DNA from: Squalus acanthias
Lineage: Eukaryota
Length of the DNA: 64,000 nt
Direction of reading: 5' to 3'
NCBI GenBank assembly: GCA_030390025.1
Contig: CM059432.1
Coordinates: 132,434,001-132,498,000, forward strand
The notes below the pieces were generated by a model. That model saw only the letters and a list, made by a program, of their open reading frames with translations, searched no databases and was not told the origin of the DNA. Both the position numbers and the translations under genes were made by a program. This document shows, in pieces, positions 24,881 to 37,480 of this stretch (its first letter is position 1; the number at the start of each line of letters is the position of its first letter).

Positions 24881-25148
24881 GTAGCACAAACATGGATGTT
24901 TTGGCAGTTAAGTTCTCGAGAATTTTCAGTCAATAAGCAAAATGGAAAGATGGACAGAATTGCGGAATGTGATCCCCAAATCACTAGTGAAAATCCTGGG
25001 ATGTTACATATTATAATGGAATTTGACTTAATCAGTCACCATAGCTCAGTGGCCCTGGTAATATTTGCCCTTCCATTATTATTGCACATTCTGTGTTTTT
25101 TCCGAACTCTTAATGAGCCACATTTAAAATATAGTTAGACCATGAAAT
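24881..25148 (+). repeat. direct-repeat partner of 22923-23190
   Basis: Collinear match (agttaagttctcga, aagcaaaatggaaagatggacagaattg, ttagaccatgaaat). Confidence 0.9.
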
Positions 25149-25667
25149 TATCTTTCAGGATATCCTGTTCACAAATAATACAGGATCCCGACTCCACTCC
25201 CCTAGATGAGTGCAATAGATTGTACACAATTTGAAAGGAGAAGCTGCAGTATTTTAGTTTACAAGATTGCTTTAAAGTAAAATACTAAAACAGGTTTTTG
25301 TAGGAACAAAGGGAAATGCTGGTATTACATTGTTTAAAAAAATATTCAAATATAGGGATAGATATAAACCAACATGTTAGAGATAGAAAGAATGGGTGCG
25401 AATCTGAAATAAAAGCAGGAAATGATCAAAATTCACAGCAGGTTGGTAGGCATCTGATAGATTCAAACGTAGGTTATCACATGAATCTTCATTCAAGGTT
25501 AGCCTCGCTTTCTCATTTGAAATACTGTCCAGCCTGCTGTGCATTTCCTGTGTGTTTATATATATTTTCTGTATCAGCATAGTTTTCTCAGAAACTCATA
25601 TTTTGGAAAGAAAAAGTTGTCATTTTTAATCTGATACTCACAGAGTTGTGAACGATAGCACATTTGT

Positions 25668-25874
25668 GAATCATAGAATCTTTCAGCACAGAAGGAGGCC
25701 ATTCGGCCCATCGAGCCTGTGCCAGCTCTTAAAAAGAGCTATCCAATTGGTCCCACTCCCCTGCTCTTTTCCCAAAGACCTGCAAGTATTTACTTTTCAA
25801 GAATTTATACAATTCACTTTTGAATGTTACTATTGAATCTGCTTCCACAACCCCTTTCAGGCAGTGCATTCCAG
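25668..25874 (-). mobile_element. CR1-like LINE 3' end
   Basis: VEADSIVTFKSELYKFLKSK...GEWD; same subfamily as 1999 and 32357. Confidence 0.85.
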
Positions 25875-25875
25875 A

Positions 25876-27148
25876 GTGCACCAATCGTGTCTCACTACAA
25901 CATGTGAAGTGTGCACCAATCGCGTCTCTCTCTATGTGAAGTGTGCACCAATCGTGTCTCACGCCGTGTGAAGTGTGCACCAATCGTGTCTCACTCCGTG
26001 TGAAGTGTGCACCAATCGTGTCTCACTCTGTGTGAATTGTGCACCAGTCGTGTCTCACTCCGTGTGAAGTGTGCACCAATCGTGTCTCACTCTGTGTGAA
26101 TTGTGCACCAGTCGTGTCTCACTCCGTGTGAAGTGTGCACCAATCGTGTCTCACTCTGTGTGAAGTGTGCTCCAGTCGTGTCTCACTCCGTGTGAAGTGT
26201 GCACCAATCGTGTCTCACTCTGTGTGAAGTATGCACCAATCGTGTCTCACTACAACATGTGAAGTGTGCACCAGTCGTGTCTCACTCTGTGTAAGGTGAG
26301 CACCAATCGTGTCTCACTCCGTGTGAGGTGTGCACCAGTCGTGTCTCACTCCGTGTGAGGTGTGCACCAGTCGTGTCTCACTCTGTGTGAGGTGAGCACC
26401 AGTCGTGTCTCACTCTGTGTGAGGTGAGCACCAGTCGTGTCTCACTCTGTGTGAGGTGAGCACCAATCGTGTCTCACTCTGTGTGAGGTGTGCACCAGTC
26501 GTGTCTCACTCCGTGTGAGGTGTGCACCAGTCGTGTCTCACTCCGTGTGAGGTGTGCACCAGTCGTGTCTCACTCTGTGTGAATTGTGCACCAGTCGTGT
26601 CTCACTCTGTGTGAATTGTGCACCAGTCGTGTCTCACTCTGTGTGAATTGTGCACCAGTCGTGTCTCACTCTGTGTGAATTGTGCACCAGTCGTGTCTCA
26701 CTCTGTGTGAATTGTGCACCAGTCGTGTCTCACGCCGTGTGAAGTGAGCACCAATCGTGTCTCACTCAGTGTGAGGTGTGCACCAATCGTGTTTCACTCC
26801 GTGTGAAGTGAGCACCAATCGTGTCTCACTCCATGTGAAGTGTGCACCAGTCGTGTCTCACGCCGTGCGAAGTGAGCACCAATCGTGTCTCACTCTGTGT
26901 GAAGTGAGCACCAATCGTGTCTCACGCTGTGTGAGGTGTGCACCAGTCGTGTCTCACTCCGTGGAATTGTGCACCAGTCGTGTTTCACTCTGTGTGAATT
27001 GTGCACCAGTCGTGTCTCACTCCGTGTGAAGTGTGTACCAGTCGTGTCTCACTCCGTGTGAAGTGTGCACCAGTCGTGTCTCACTCCGTATGAGGTGTGC
27101 ACCAATCGTGTCTCACTCCGTGTGAGGTGTGCACCATCCTGTCTCACT
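25876..27148 (+). repeat. 32-bp minisatellite, about 40 copies
   Basis: Unit gtgtgcacca(a/g)tcgtgtctcactc(c/t)gtgtgaa; period measured from 25973 to 26005. Confidence 0.95.
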
Positions 27149-27671
27149 TCAACAGCACATCACCACTGTCTGGTATGAACAGACAGATAACATACAATAA
27201 GCAGTGTATGGAAGAAATGCTCCTCTTGTGACGTACCTGAGCATTCAAGCATGCCTGCAGGGCTCAAGGATGATTTGGTCTGCTGTCACTCAGCAGTGTA
27301 CATTCCGTACACCACTGCTCCTCGTCATACCTTCATTGTTAATACCCTGCAATAACTTATGCTTCTGGTAATGGAAAGGGGCACCCTTTGATCAGGTGGA
27401 CTGGCACATACAGTGGAGCTTTTGACTTAATGAACTGTTACCTTAATGGCAGGGCTTATTCCCATAAGTATACTACAGAGGCATTCCTTCCTTTCACATT
27501 ATGTATTTATTTTTGCTTGTTTGGAACACCAATGCAAGAGATTGTTGAGTTTGAAAGGTTATTTGCAATAGTTCCTGCATGGAGTTGGGAGGAAGGGGAC
27601 AGCTACGACTAACAGACCCAACACAAGAGACAAAGTAATGCACAGCAATTTGGTCCCGGTATTAACATATT

Positions 27672-28418
27672 GGCCCGTATTTTCCGATCGCAGGCCTCCC
27701 GTGGGCGGAGGCCTGCGATCTGGAAAAATCTGTGCCCTTACCTGAGGGCTCCCGGGACGCACACGCTTCCGCTCCTGGGCCTCACCAAACTTGAAGTGCG
27801 CAGGGCCCACGTATCCCAGGGGCGCATGTAGTTCGCAGCGTCCCTGGGATCACGTGGGCCATGGGGAGCCAATCACAGAAGGGAATCTCCCTTCATACAT
27901 TTGACAGGAAGACCTGTCAAATATATGAATGGAGATCAATGAAAAAACATAGTAAAACTTTAAAGAAATTTTTTTTAAAAATCACATTTTAAAATGACTT
28001 GAAATTACAATAATTTAAGTATTTTAAACAAAAATTTTATTTCTTGAAAAAAATAATTCAAGTTTTTTACGGGGCTAAAAATAAACTTACCTTTTTTAAA
28101 GTATTTTTAAATGATAAATCAGTGAAAAAAATGTTTTTTTTTACTTTTTTCAACTCTTATCCTGGTAAAAGCAGGCCTTACGCCTTTTACCAGGCGCAAG
28201 AATTGTAAGGGTTTTCTGCGGGCGGAGGGTCTCCAAAAAGCGGAACTATCCGCCCGCAGAGGCCCTTCTCCAGGGCAGCCGGAGGATCTCATTCTTGACA
28301 GATCGGAAATGCTGGTTTTTGGCGCATGCGCTGTGCATGCCTGAAACCGGCATTTCCGATGTCCCTACGGGTGGGTACACAGCGCGTACTCACCCGTAGG
28401 GATCAGAATATCTGGGCC
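27672..28418 (+). mobile_element. 747-bp PIF/Harbinger-type MITE
   Basis: ggccc...gggcc termini, 3-bp TSD att/att, GC-rich palindromic ends and an AT-rich centre. Confidence 0.85.
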
Positions 28419-28775
28419 ATTAAAATTATTAACTCAATGCTACTGTTAGAATAATATTGAGTCATAATTCATGAGGCTGAGGGGTGACCGCATTGAAAGG
28501 TCACAAATTGCATAATGTTGTCCCCGTATCTCTAGGAGCTTTGCCACTGTTTATTTTTGCTTCAGGGACACACTGTCACCTCTGGTATTGGGTGCTCAAA
28601 CTGATCGCAGCGATTTGTGCATTTTTGTGCAGTGAGTATGAGCTAACTGGCTCAGTGGGTGCACTTTCACCTCTGAGTCTGAAGGGTGTGGGTCCAAGCC
28701 ACACTCCACAGACTTGAGCACGTTCTCTCGGCTGACACTTCAGTGCAGTACTGAGGCAGTGCTGCACTGTCGGAG

Positions 28776-30668
28776 TGAAGGGATAATGACTAGTCCTAGC
28801 CCCTTTAGGGCTACCCCGGATCAGGCGTATTTCTCAGACGTTCACTTTCAACTAAAGTTTGAGGTAGCCGAATCCTAAAGACGCTTAATTGGGTCTAAAG
28901 GTCCGGGCTATCTCTCCCTATAGGAAAGGAACAACCCAAGAATGTTACCATCCTTCAGTTAGCGCTTTTAATGGCCTAGAAATTCCATTCTCTACGGGTG
29001 TGTATGTGCTGTGTACTCACCCGTAGGGCCAACGGAAGTGCCGGTTTTGCGCATGCGCTGGAAACCGGCACTTCCGTTCTCTGCAGAAAGGGCTTGACTG
29101 GACAAATGCCTGCGCTGGATAGGCAGCGCGTACGTTAGAAACTTCCGTTTTTTTCCACACTGGCTTGAGTCCAGGTAAGTCGGGAACAGCTGCGCCTAGA
29201 AAAGCAGGTGCAAGGCCTGCTTTTAGCAGGCTAATAGTTTAAGAAAGTAAAAAAAAAAATGTTTTCCACTGATTTATCATTTTAAAATACTTTAAAGAAA
29301 GGTAAGTTTATTTTTAGCCCCGTTAAAAACTTTAATTAATTTTTTCAAAAATTTAAATTTTTGTTTAAAATAGTTAATTTATGTAATTTATAGTCATTTT
29401 AAAAATGTGATTTAAAAAAAAATTATTTTAAGTTTTACTTATGTTTTGGGGCTGATCTCTATTCATAGATTTGGCAGGTCTTCCTGTCAAATCTATGAAT
29501 GGAGATTCCCTGCTCTGATTGGCTCCCCATGGCCCACGTGATCCCAGGGATGCTGCGAACTAGCTGCGCCCCGGGGATACGCGTGCCCTGCACACCGGCA
29601 GATTGAAGAGGCACAGCAACGGAATTCTGCGCCTCCCGGGAGCCCTCCGGTCCAGGCGCAGATTTTTCCGAATCGCAGCCCTCCGCCCGCGGGAGGGCTG
29701 TGAACGGAATTTCTGGGCCAATAAGTTTAGCTAGACTGTAATGTCCCGGATATTATGAGGGTCCGGAAAACTCCCTCAGAATTCTGTAACTCTTCACCAA
29801 AGAGTGTACAGAAATTGAGTTTGCGAGTTATTGATACAGAAGACTTATGTGAGACAATTCTAAAAATATATAGAGATTTATTAAAAGAACCGACATGCAA
29901 TTTACAGTTGGTGAATCAGGCAATCACAACGTTAACAGTTCTAAAAAGAGAAAAAATACTATCTTTTTAACAGAGAATCTTACTTTTAAATCTTAACTTT
30001 GCTACAGTATTACAGTTCTTAAAGGTTTATATACAGAATATCCATCAATATCAAATACCTTTGATCCCCGAGGTACTAAGTGTTAGAGACTACAGAGCTG
30101 CCTCGGTAGCCGAGAATCACCTTGCCCGATTAAAGCGAGTCAGATATCCCATTTGAGAGTTCAATATTTATACCCTTTTTCAGTGGTATTTCCTTTAAGG
30201 TTTTCTGCTGATGCAAGTTAATTATCCCTATTCATCTTTCTGCTGACCTCTGCAAGTCTTATTGCTACATCAGCCAGAATCTTGTCTCATCTCCAGGTGT
30301 TCTAGGGTCGCCATATAGAACGGTGTGAAAGGCAGGTGTTCCTTATTTTATGTCATCTTTACGAGGGCAGATGTTCCTTATCTTATGTGCCATCTTTACG
30401 AAGTTTAAATTAGAACATCTTATCCAGGGTGAACCATTGTTTTTGTTCCCAAAAGTCAGCCTGTCAGAGCCCTTCACCTTCTGTTTCAATAAGGTTATTT
30501 ATTCAGGGTCAACAACTGTCTTATCTCAATAGCCAGAATTCTTTCACAGCTATTTCATAGTTAGGTTTCTAAATTTCCAAACCCAGTTTGTCATGTTTTA
30601 ATAAGGCCAGAATTCTTTCATAAGATAGTGTATTTTTCTGAATAGGTTATATGGCTTATTCCTTCACA
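28776..30668 (-). mobile_element. ERV/LTR-retroelement solo LTR, copy 1
   Basis: TG...CA ends with a short inverted repeat, 4-bp TSD ggag, minus-strand TATAAAA near 30170 and AATAAA near 29880; homologous to 46790-49126. Confidence 0.82.
28973..29719 (-). mobile_element. 747-bp MITE, inverted copy of 27672-28418, inside the LTR
   Basis: ggcc...ggcc ends, TSD aat/aat; the empty site ttttaataagttt is present in LTR copy 2 near 46980. Confidence 0.88.
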
Positions 30669-32356
30669 GGAGGTGCCGTATTTCGGATGAGATGTTAAAC
30701 TGAGGTGGACATAAAAGATCCCATGGCACTATTTCGAAGAAGAGCCAGGGAGTTTTCCCCAGAGTCCTGGCCAATATTTATCCCTCAACTAACATCACTA
30801 AAAAACGATTAGCTGGTCATTATCACATTGCTGTTAAAATCAGATAATATTGATTATCACTCAAATCATACAGAATACTTAAATTCACACGGGACACAAT
30901 TTTCACATTAATCACTGTCTATGAAGTTTATCTACTGTATGTACTTCAACCTCATTATCATGTGATTCTGGGCAGTCATGCATTGTATGTTTGATATAAT
31001 GAAGTACTTGCTACCTGTTACTTGAATGACTATCTCATAACATAGGTTAAAAGGTAACATGAAAAAATCTTAAGCCAAGGCTTAGTAACAAAAATAGTGT
31101 TACAGCAGAGCCTTACGATTGCGGGGGGTGGGGTTGGGGGAAAGGTGTGAGCGGGGTTAGGGCTACTACATATTAGATAAAAGCATGCTTGATATGTGGC
31201 ATGGTCTGAATAATGAGGTCTCCATTATTTGAGGATTCTTCTTGATTTTATGGACTTTCACTCTTCAATTTACACTTCAGTAACATGATTAACATAAGAA
31301 AAAACGTTTGCGTATCTCGTGTAAAATAAAGTGCGTGCAACACGATCGCTTCAGTAATTACTTGTATTAACTGCCTTTTCTGATTTTAGATGAAACAGGC
31401 CCAAATAAATCTTCTGAATACACTATTTATGTAAGTGACTAATTTTTCTCAAGTCACGTTGAGCGATCTGATCCATTCCCACAGGGAGCAGATGACACAG
31501 CACCAAAATGACAGGACAGTACCACATTCTAATACTGCAGTTCTTTCTTTCTTTCTTTTCTTTCTAGCTTTTTCCGTTTTGATTTCAGATTTCCAGCATT
31601 TGTGTTTTTAAAAAGAATGAATTGCATAATACTTGTCTGGTTCGTACTTATCCTGCCTCTGCTTGATGGATTTGAAACCATCTTGAATAAAAGAATCATT
31701 AATCTAATTCTGTGGATGCCGGTTTTATCATTTCACCCCAATCTCCATAGTCTTTAAATACCAGCAGACAATGTTGCCAGTTTTTCCTATTATGACTATT
31801 AGTAAGAGCAGGCCTGATAATTTGAAAATGCTCCAGCTATTATTGGTGCAGATTAAAACTGACTGCTCTGGGTGAAGCTGCAGGCCTGTTAAGATGATAA
31901 AATCTAGTTTTTATTCACTCCAGTAGTTGGCTTTTGGAACACCTAATGACCACGTTTTTTCAGGTCAATTATCTTTAGCGTGTGAGAGAGGAAGGGCCGA
32001 ATACCTTCGCATGACTGTTCCAGCGAGTGTTGGCCTTTGATTGCATCATGTCGTGCGCCACAACATTTTTGACACCAGCGCCAAGTCAGAAATTTCAGTA
32101 ATAAACCCAATCTGTCACCAAATATGAATTGCCTGTCATTGCACGAGGTTAGGTTAGGACCAAATGCTACACAGGAGTATTTTAAGCTGAATTGAAAGCT
32201 AGTAAATACTATATGAAGCTATAGAAAATGTTCACTGTAAATAATCCACCATCTCTTGTGATCAGTCGAGAGCAATGACATTCAAGTTTAGGTTTTGGTA
32301 TTAAGGACGTGCAACAAAGTGAATTAGGAATATGGATTAAGCCATTTTGAGTTAGG

Positions 32357-32772
32357 ATCATAGAATCTTACAGCACAGAAGGAGGCCAATCGGCCCATCG
32401 TGCCTGTGCCGGCTCTTTGAAAGAGCTTTCCAATTAGTCCCACTCCCCTGCTCTTTCCCCATAGCCCTGCAATTTGTTCCCCTTCAAGTATTTATCCAAT
32501 TCCCTTTTAAAAGTAACTATTGAATCTGCTTCCTCCACCTTTTCAGGCACTGAATTCCAGATCACAACAACTCGCAGCGTAAAAAAAAAATTCTCCTCAT
32601 CTCCCCTCTGGCTTTTTTTGGCAATGACCTTAAATCTGTGTCCTCTGGTTAGCAACCCTCCTGCCAGTGGATACAGTTTCCCCTTATTTACTCTATCAAA
32701 ACCCCATAAAATTTTGAACACCTCTATTAAATTTCCCGTTAACCTTCTCTGCTGCGAGGAGAACAATACCCG
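32357..32772 (-). mobile_element. CR1-like LINE 3' end
   Basis: RRLTGNLIEVFKILWGFDRVNKGKLYPL...WNSVPEKVEEADSIVTFKRELDKYL. Confidence 0.88.
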
Positions 32773-33771
32773 AGTTAATTTGTAAAGGTTCAAATGCGCC
32801 CAGTTTTAATTGTTTTGGGATTGGGTTGGCCTGCCCCTTGAAAGAAACAGAAAGCAGTGCGGTTGCACAATGTGCCAGTGTACCCATCACGGTGCCACAA
32901 ATTCACTCCCCACGTTCCACACACTGTCAGCTTACCATCTCGGTAGGGTCATTGGTTTGTGGGTGGGGAAGTCCCAAGTGGAGGCTAAACAGCTATTCGC
33001 AGGAAAGGACAGAAAATCATATAGACAGTCAACCCAAGCTGCTCTTGTGTACCTTCTAGTGAGTCGTCACAGAGTGGTGAGAAACGCCCTGGAAACTGGC
33101 AGCTTGCTGGCCAAATGGTACATGATGCAGGCCAACCCTGAGAGAGAAAATGAGAAATAACTAAAAAAAAAGAAATAATAATATAATGTACACTTTTACA
33201 CTTTTTAAACTATCAGTTTTTCCACTAATTGGCTAGAACATTGGATACATTTTGTGTTACAAACTGTGATGTATAGCCCACTGACTCAATGGGGCTTACC
33301 ACAGCCAATTTACACCAGCTGCCAAATTATGCTCACAAGGCATACAAATAGATTAATTAGTTACACATAGTAATAACCCATCCCCACTCTTACACGCACT
33401 GTAGCCAATGTGAAACTGCACACGTTTCTGCAAAAAATCCCATGCAACGTTCCCTTCAATACAACCCTCATTAACACCCAATCTTTGGGACATAACTATA
33501 CCTTGTAGTACGAGGGATTTTGTGGAATAATAGTAATAGATTCTCATTTAAATTGTTACTTCTCCTATCTCAAGAAAATGTGTAAATTCATTCTTATTAT
33601 CCATAGCCAGTATATCTCCTGTCAATAAAACCATGGAATAGTCATAATTTAAACACTCCAATGAATTGTTTGCATTCCAATTAGACAGTAAACAAGTCTG
33701 ACCAAACTGTGTAGCCTGTCAATATAGTTATTGCACTTACTTTTCTTCCCCTTTAATCCCCGAATCCAATA

Positions 33772-34221
33772 TCGCTGACCTACATTGGCTCCCGGTCCGG
33801 CAACACCTCGATTTTAAAATTCTCATCCTTGTCTTCAAATCCCTCCATGACCTCGCCCCTCCCTATCTCTGTAACCTCCTCCGGCCCAACAACCCTTTCA
33901 GATCTCTGCGCTCTTCCAATTCTGTGCTCTTGAGCATCCCAGATTTTAATCGCTCCCCCATTGGTGGCCGTGCCTTCAGCCGCCGAGGCCCTAAGCTGTG
34001 GAATTCCCTCCCTCAACCTCTCCGCCTCTCTAACTCTCTCTTTTCCTTTACGACACCCCTTCAAATCTACCGCTTTGACCAAGGCCTGGGTCACCTGTCC
34101 TAATATCTCTTCATGGGGCTCGGTGTCAAATTCTGCTTGATAACCGCTCCTGTGAAGCACCGTGGGACGTTTTACTGTGTTAAAGGTGCTACATAAATGC
34201 AAGTTGTTGTTGTCGTTGTTG
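33772..34221 (+). mobile_element. L2 LINE 3' end
   Basis: ADLHWLPVRQHLDFKILILVFKSLHDLAP motif, 3' UTR and (TTG)n tail. Confidence 0.9.
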
Positions 34222-35595
34222 AACTCTTGAAACTTGGGCACGAGAATCTGAATGGACTCGTGGTCTCAGATTCTTCCATCTAATCACCCCAGGGAGTGAC
34301 AATGATATTGATGTTGTGAGAAATGTTCGAGCTTTTTTCATATTTCAATGGAGCAGCATGGCAGGAGGGGAAGAGGAGAAAAGAAATACAAGAACAATCT
34401 AGAAAAACAAATATGGAAAACAAGATTTTTTTGCAAGATTGATGGGTCATTGCAAAAATATATTTTAAGCATTCAGTGCAGATATGAATCCATTTATAGT
34501 ACGTTCTTTATGTATAAAAGAATGACTGGTTGGTGTAGGACCACTGATCAGTAATTATAGAACCATTTTGCTGTAAGTATTCTTCAGATAAATGTACTGA
34601 GGAAAAACACAACTTACTGGTTGGTTTAACAGCCCTGATGGAAAAACTGGAAAAAAAAAAGCTCACATATAAATCTTTAGTAAACTTGTAATGTTTCCTT
34701 CTATTAAGTATGCGTCTGCTGTGTGCCTGTATGATTTTGTTCTACCTCAAGTGTGAAATATATCTGCTATAAGCTAAATTAAAAGTACATTTGTAGCTGT
34801 ACAGTAAAATGATCACGATAATGAAATGTCACATCTGAATCTTAGAAAACAGTCAGGAGGCCATTTGTGCAAATGTAGCATTCAGATATTGCTGTAAAAA
34901 AGAAAATGTGGCCCTGTATGTTGGCACACAGGATTAGGCAAACATGCTATTAAAGAAAGAAATAACAAACTTGCATGTATATAGCACCTTTCAGGACACC
35001 CCAAAGCGCTTTACAGCCAATGAAGTACTTTTTTGGAGTGTAGTCACTGCTCTAATGTAGGAAATGCGGCAGCCAAATTGGGCACAGCAAGGTCCCATAA
35101 ACAGCAATGTGATAATGACCAGATTTTTAAGTGATGTTGGTTGAGGGATAAATATTGGCCAGGTCACCGGGGAGTTCTCCTCTGCTGTTCTTCAAAATAG
35201 TGTCATGTGATCTTATACGTTCTCTTTACGAGAGAGCAGAGACGGGGCCTCGGTTGAAGATCACATCTGAAAGACGGCGCCTCTGACAGTGCAGCACTCC
35301 CTCAGTACTGCACTGGAATGCCAGCCTAGATTTTTGTGCTCAAGTATCTGGAATGGGGCTTGAACCCACAACCTTCTGATTCAGAGGCCTGAGTGCTACC
35401 AGCTTTTAAAAAATTATTTATTAAACATTAAAAACATTTACAACATCGTGATCATTCCATCATATCATACAAATCCATTCCTCCACCACATATTAATTTG
35501 TCTCCCATAACATATACTAATCTATTGTACTTTAAAAATTGATCAGTAATCATGGCTCCGAATAAGGGAAGTGTGCCTGATAATCCCCCCATCAT

Positions 35596-37480
35596 TTAAT
35601 CTCCGGCCCTTCCCTTCTCCCTCCTTCTGCTCCTCACTAACCTTTCCCTTTCCACACGGTGCCACCCTACCCCAACTTCCATGTCTCTGTCCCTCTCTGA
35701 CTCCTCACTCTCGAGTTCTTTTGTAATGTCACGTCCCTGCTCCCCGTCAGATACATAATCTCCCTTAGAGAGTCTTCCTACTATCACGGTTTCTCCAGTA
35801 GTGCTGCACCCTTCGGCCTCATCTCCACCGCTGACCCTTGCTCCCCGTTTCTTCTCTCTCTGGGACAATGGCGCATCTGCACCTATCTTGCGCCCTTCTG
35901 GCATCTTTGTCTCTCCACTCCCGTCATGCTGCCCCTTTAAGGCTCCTGCCTCTTGCACCCTCTCCTTGTCTTGCCCCCTCCTGCTCCCCGAGGTGTCCGC
36001 CTCCCTGTCTTTCTTTGAAGCACTGACATTTACCCCGCACCCCACGCCCGCCTCCTCTCCCCCCGCGGACACCAGATTCTTTAGGGAGAGCCGAGCCATA
36101 TTATGGCTCAACTCTGCCCTCGACCCATGCTGCCCGCTGCTGTCTTTGTCCTTTTTCACCGTACTTGGTGTGTTTTCCACCATTTCCATCCTGTTCTCTT
36201 CTCTGCAATTTTCTGCCTCTTCCTGCGCTTTTTTCTCCTTCCATTCATCAGCTGTGTCCTCCGCCTGCTCCGCTCCTCCAGCTACTCCACTCACACCTCC
36301 TGCTCCTTCTCCTTCTCCCATCTCCTCGTCACTCAAGGGGCTTCCTTCTGCCACACACTCACAGCAGGTGGGGCCTTTGTGACACACCCCACAGCTCTCC
36401 GCCTTGCAGCTCCGTGCGATGTGTCCAGACTCACCGCAGTTTTAATAGTACTAGCCTGGACAACTTCTAACAAGATGGTCATGTCCAAGACAATAATAAC
36501 AAACCTTCACCTGGCTATCATGCAGTACCCAGAAGTACTGCACGCCTTCCATTGTCTCGAATTTCATGCTATACGGCAATGACTTCACCACCTCTGGGTA
36601 CTGCACCTTTACATAACGGGTTCCATCTGCTATCCGCGTTCCTGGATAGTATCTCCTCTTTATTGCCGAGCAAATTTTAATGTCCCACGACTCCAACTTT
36701 TTTATTTAGCACATCGTCCTCAATATAAACCGGCAGGTTTAAGAATGAGACCACCACCTCTTCAGAATATAGCAGAGTTACCTCCAAGAACTTACCTCCA
36801 ACCTTCAAATTCAGTAAAAGTCTTTCCACCTCCTCTCGACCACTGATCGTCACCTCGAACCCAACATTCGGCTTTGGTCGGCAGGCAAACAGCTTCCCTT
36901 GCTGCAGTCCTCATGTACCGCCTGGATAATATCCCAAGCATAGTGGTTAGCACTGGTGCCTCACAGCGCCAGGGACCCGGGTTCGAATCCGGCCTCGGGT
37001 GACTGTCTGTGTGGAGTTTGCACATTTTCCCCGTGTCTGCGTGGGTTTCCTCCGGGTGCTCCGGTTTCCTCCCACAGTCCAAAAATGTGCGGGTTAGGTT
37101 GATTTGGCTATGATAAATTGACCCTTAGTGTTAGGGGGGGATTAAATATGTGGGGTTATGGGGATAGGATGGATATGTTAGGGGGAATTAAATACGTGGG
37201 GTTACGGGGATAGGGTGGGATAGGTGCAGGCTCGATGTGGGGATTCTGTGTGAGAAAGCAGGGACAGGGTACTGGATTTGGATGATCAGCCATGATCGTA
37301 TTGAATGGTGGAGCAGGCTCGACGGGCCGAATGGCCTACTCCTGCTCCTAGTTTCTATGTTTATCCTCGCACTGAACCACCACCGTGTTTCCTTTTCCAA
37401 ACCTCCTGGGGTCCTGGCCCAATCTTTGGGCCTTTTTTTTCTTCCCTCCCCCAACATTTTCTCCCCTGATTAAATTCATC
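35596..37480 (-). pseudogene. Tx1-like ORF1 (RRM-like region, CCHC zinc knuckles, acidic/basic tail), disrupted
   Basis: VVVSFLNLPVYIEDD, IKRRYYPGTRIADGTRYVKV, SLPYSMKFET, VCYYCLGHDHLVRSCP, NCGESGHIARSC; has frameshifts, stops and an HE1 insertion. Confidence 0.8.
36938..37360 (+). mobile_element. HE1 / V-domain SINE with CR1-type tail
   Basis: tRNA head (tagtggttagcact, gggttcgaatcc), V-domain tgtgtggagtttgcac...gggtttcctccgggtgctccggtttcctcccaca, and tail gggccgaatggcctactcctgctcct. Confidence 0.88.

Larger units (their letters stand above)
28643..30835 (+). mobile_element. Deu-SINE split by a solo LTR
   Basis: tRNA head plus 5' core at 28643-28775 (...ctgtcggag); resumes ggaggtgccg at 30669. 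Confidence 0.85.

Noticed and set aside
25876..27148. CRISPR array or coding repeat (ORF 26778-27029)
   Set aside because: The units are head-to-tail with no unique spacers, there are no cas genes and the context is eukaryotic; the ORF is a by-product of the repeat.
32850..33160. Possible ancient SINE
   Set aside because: Only a vague tRNA-like start and A-rich end are visible, and there is no second copy in the window to support it.
35801..36382. 193-aa Ser/Pro-rich ORF and Leu-rich ORFs at 41739, 50005 and 61717
   Set aside because: These are antisense shadows of purine-rich transposon coding sequence.
36938..37010. tRNA gene (also 28643-28710, 58170-58246 and 16350-16420)
   Set aside because: The A/B boxes run directly into SINE bodies; these are tRNA-derived SINE heads.
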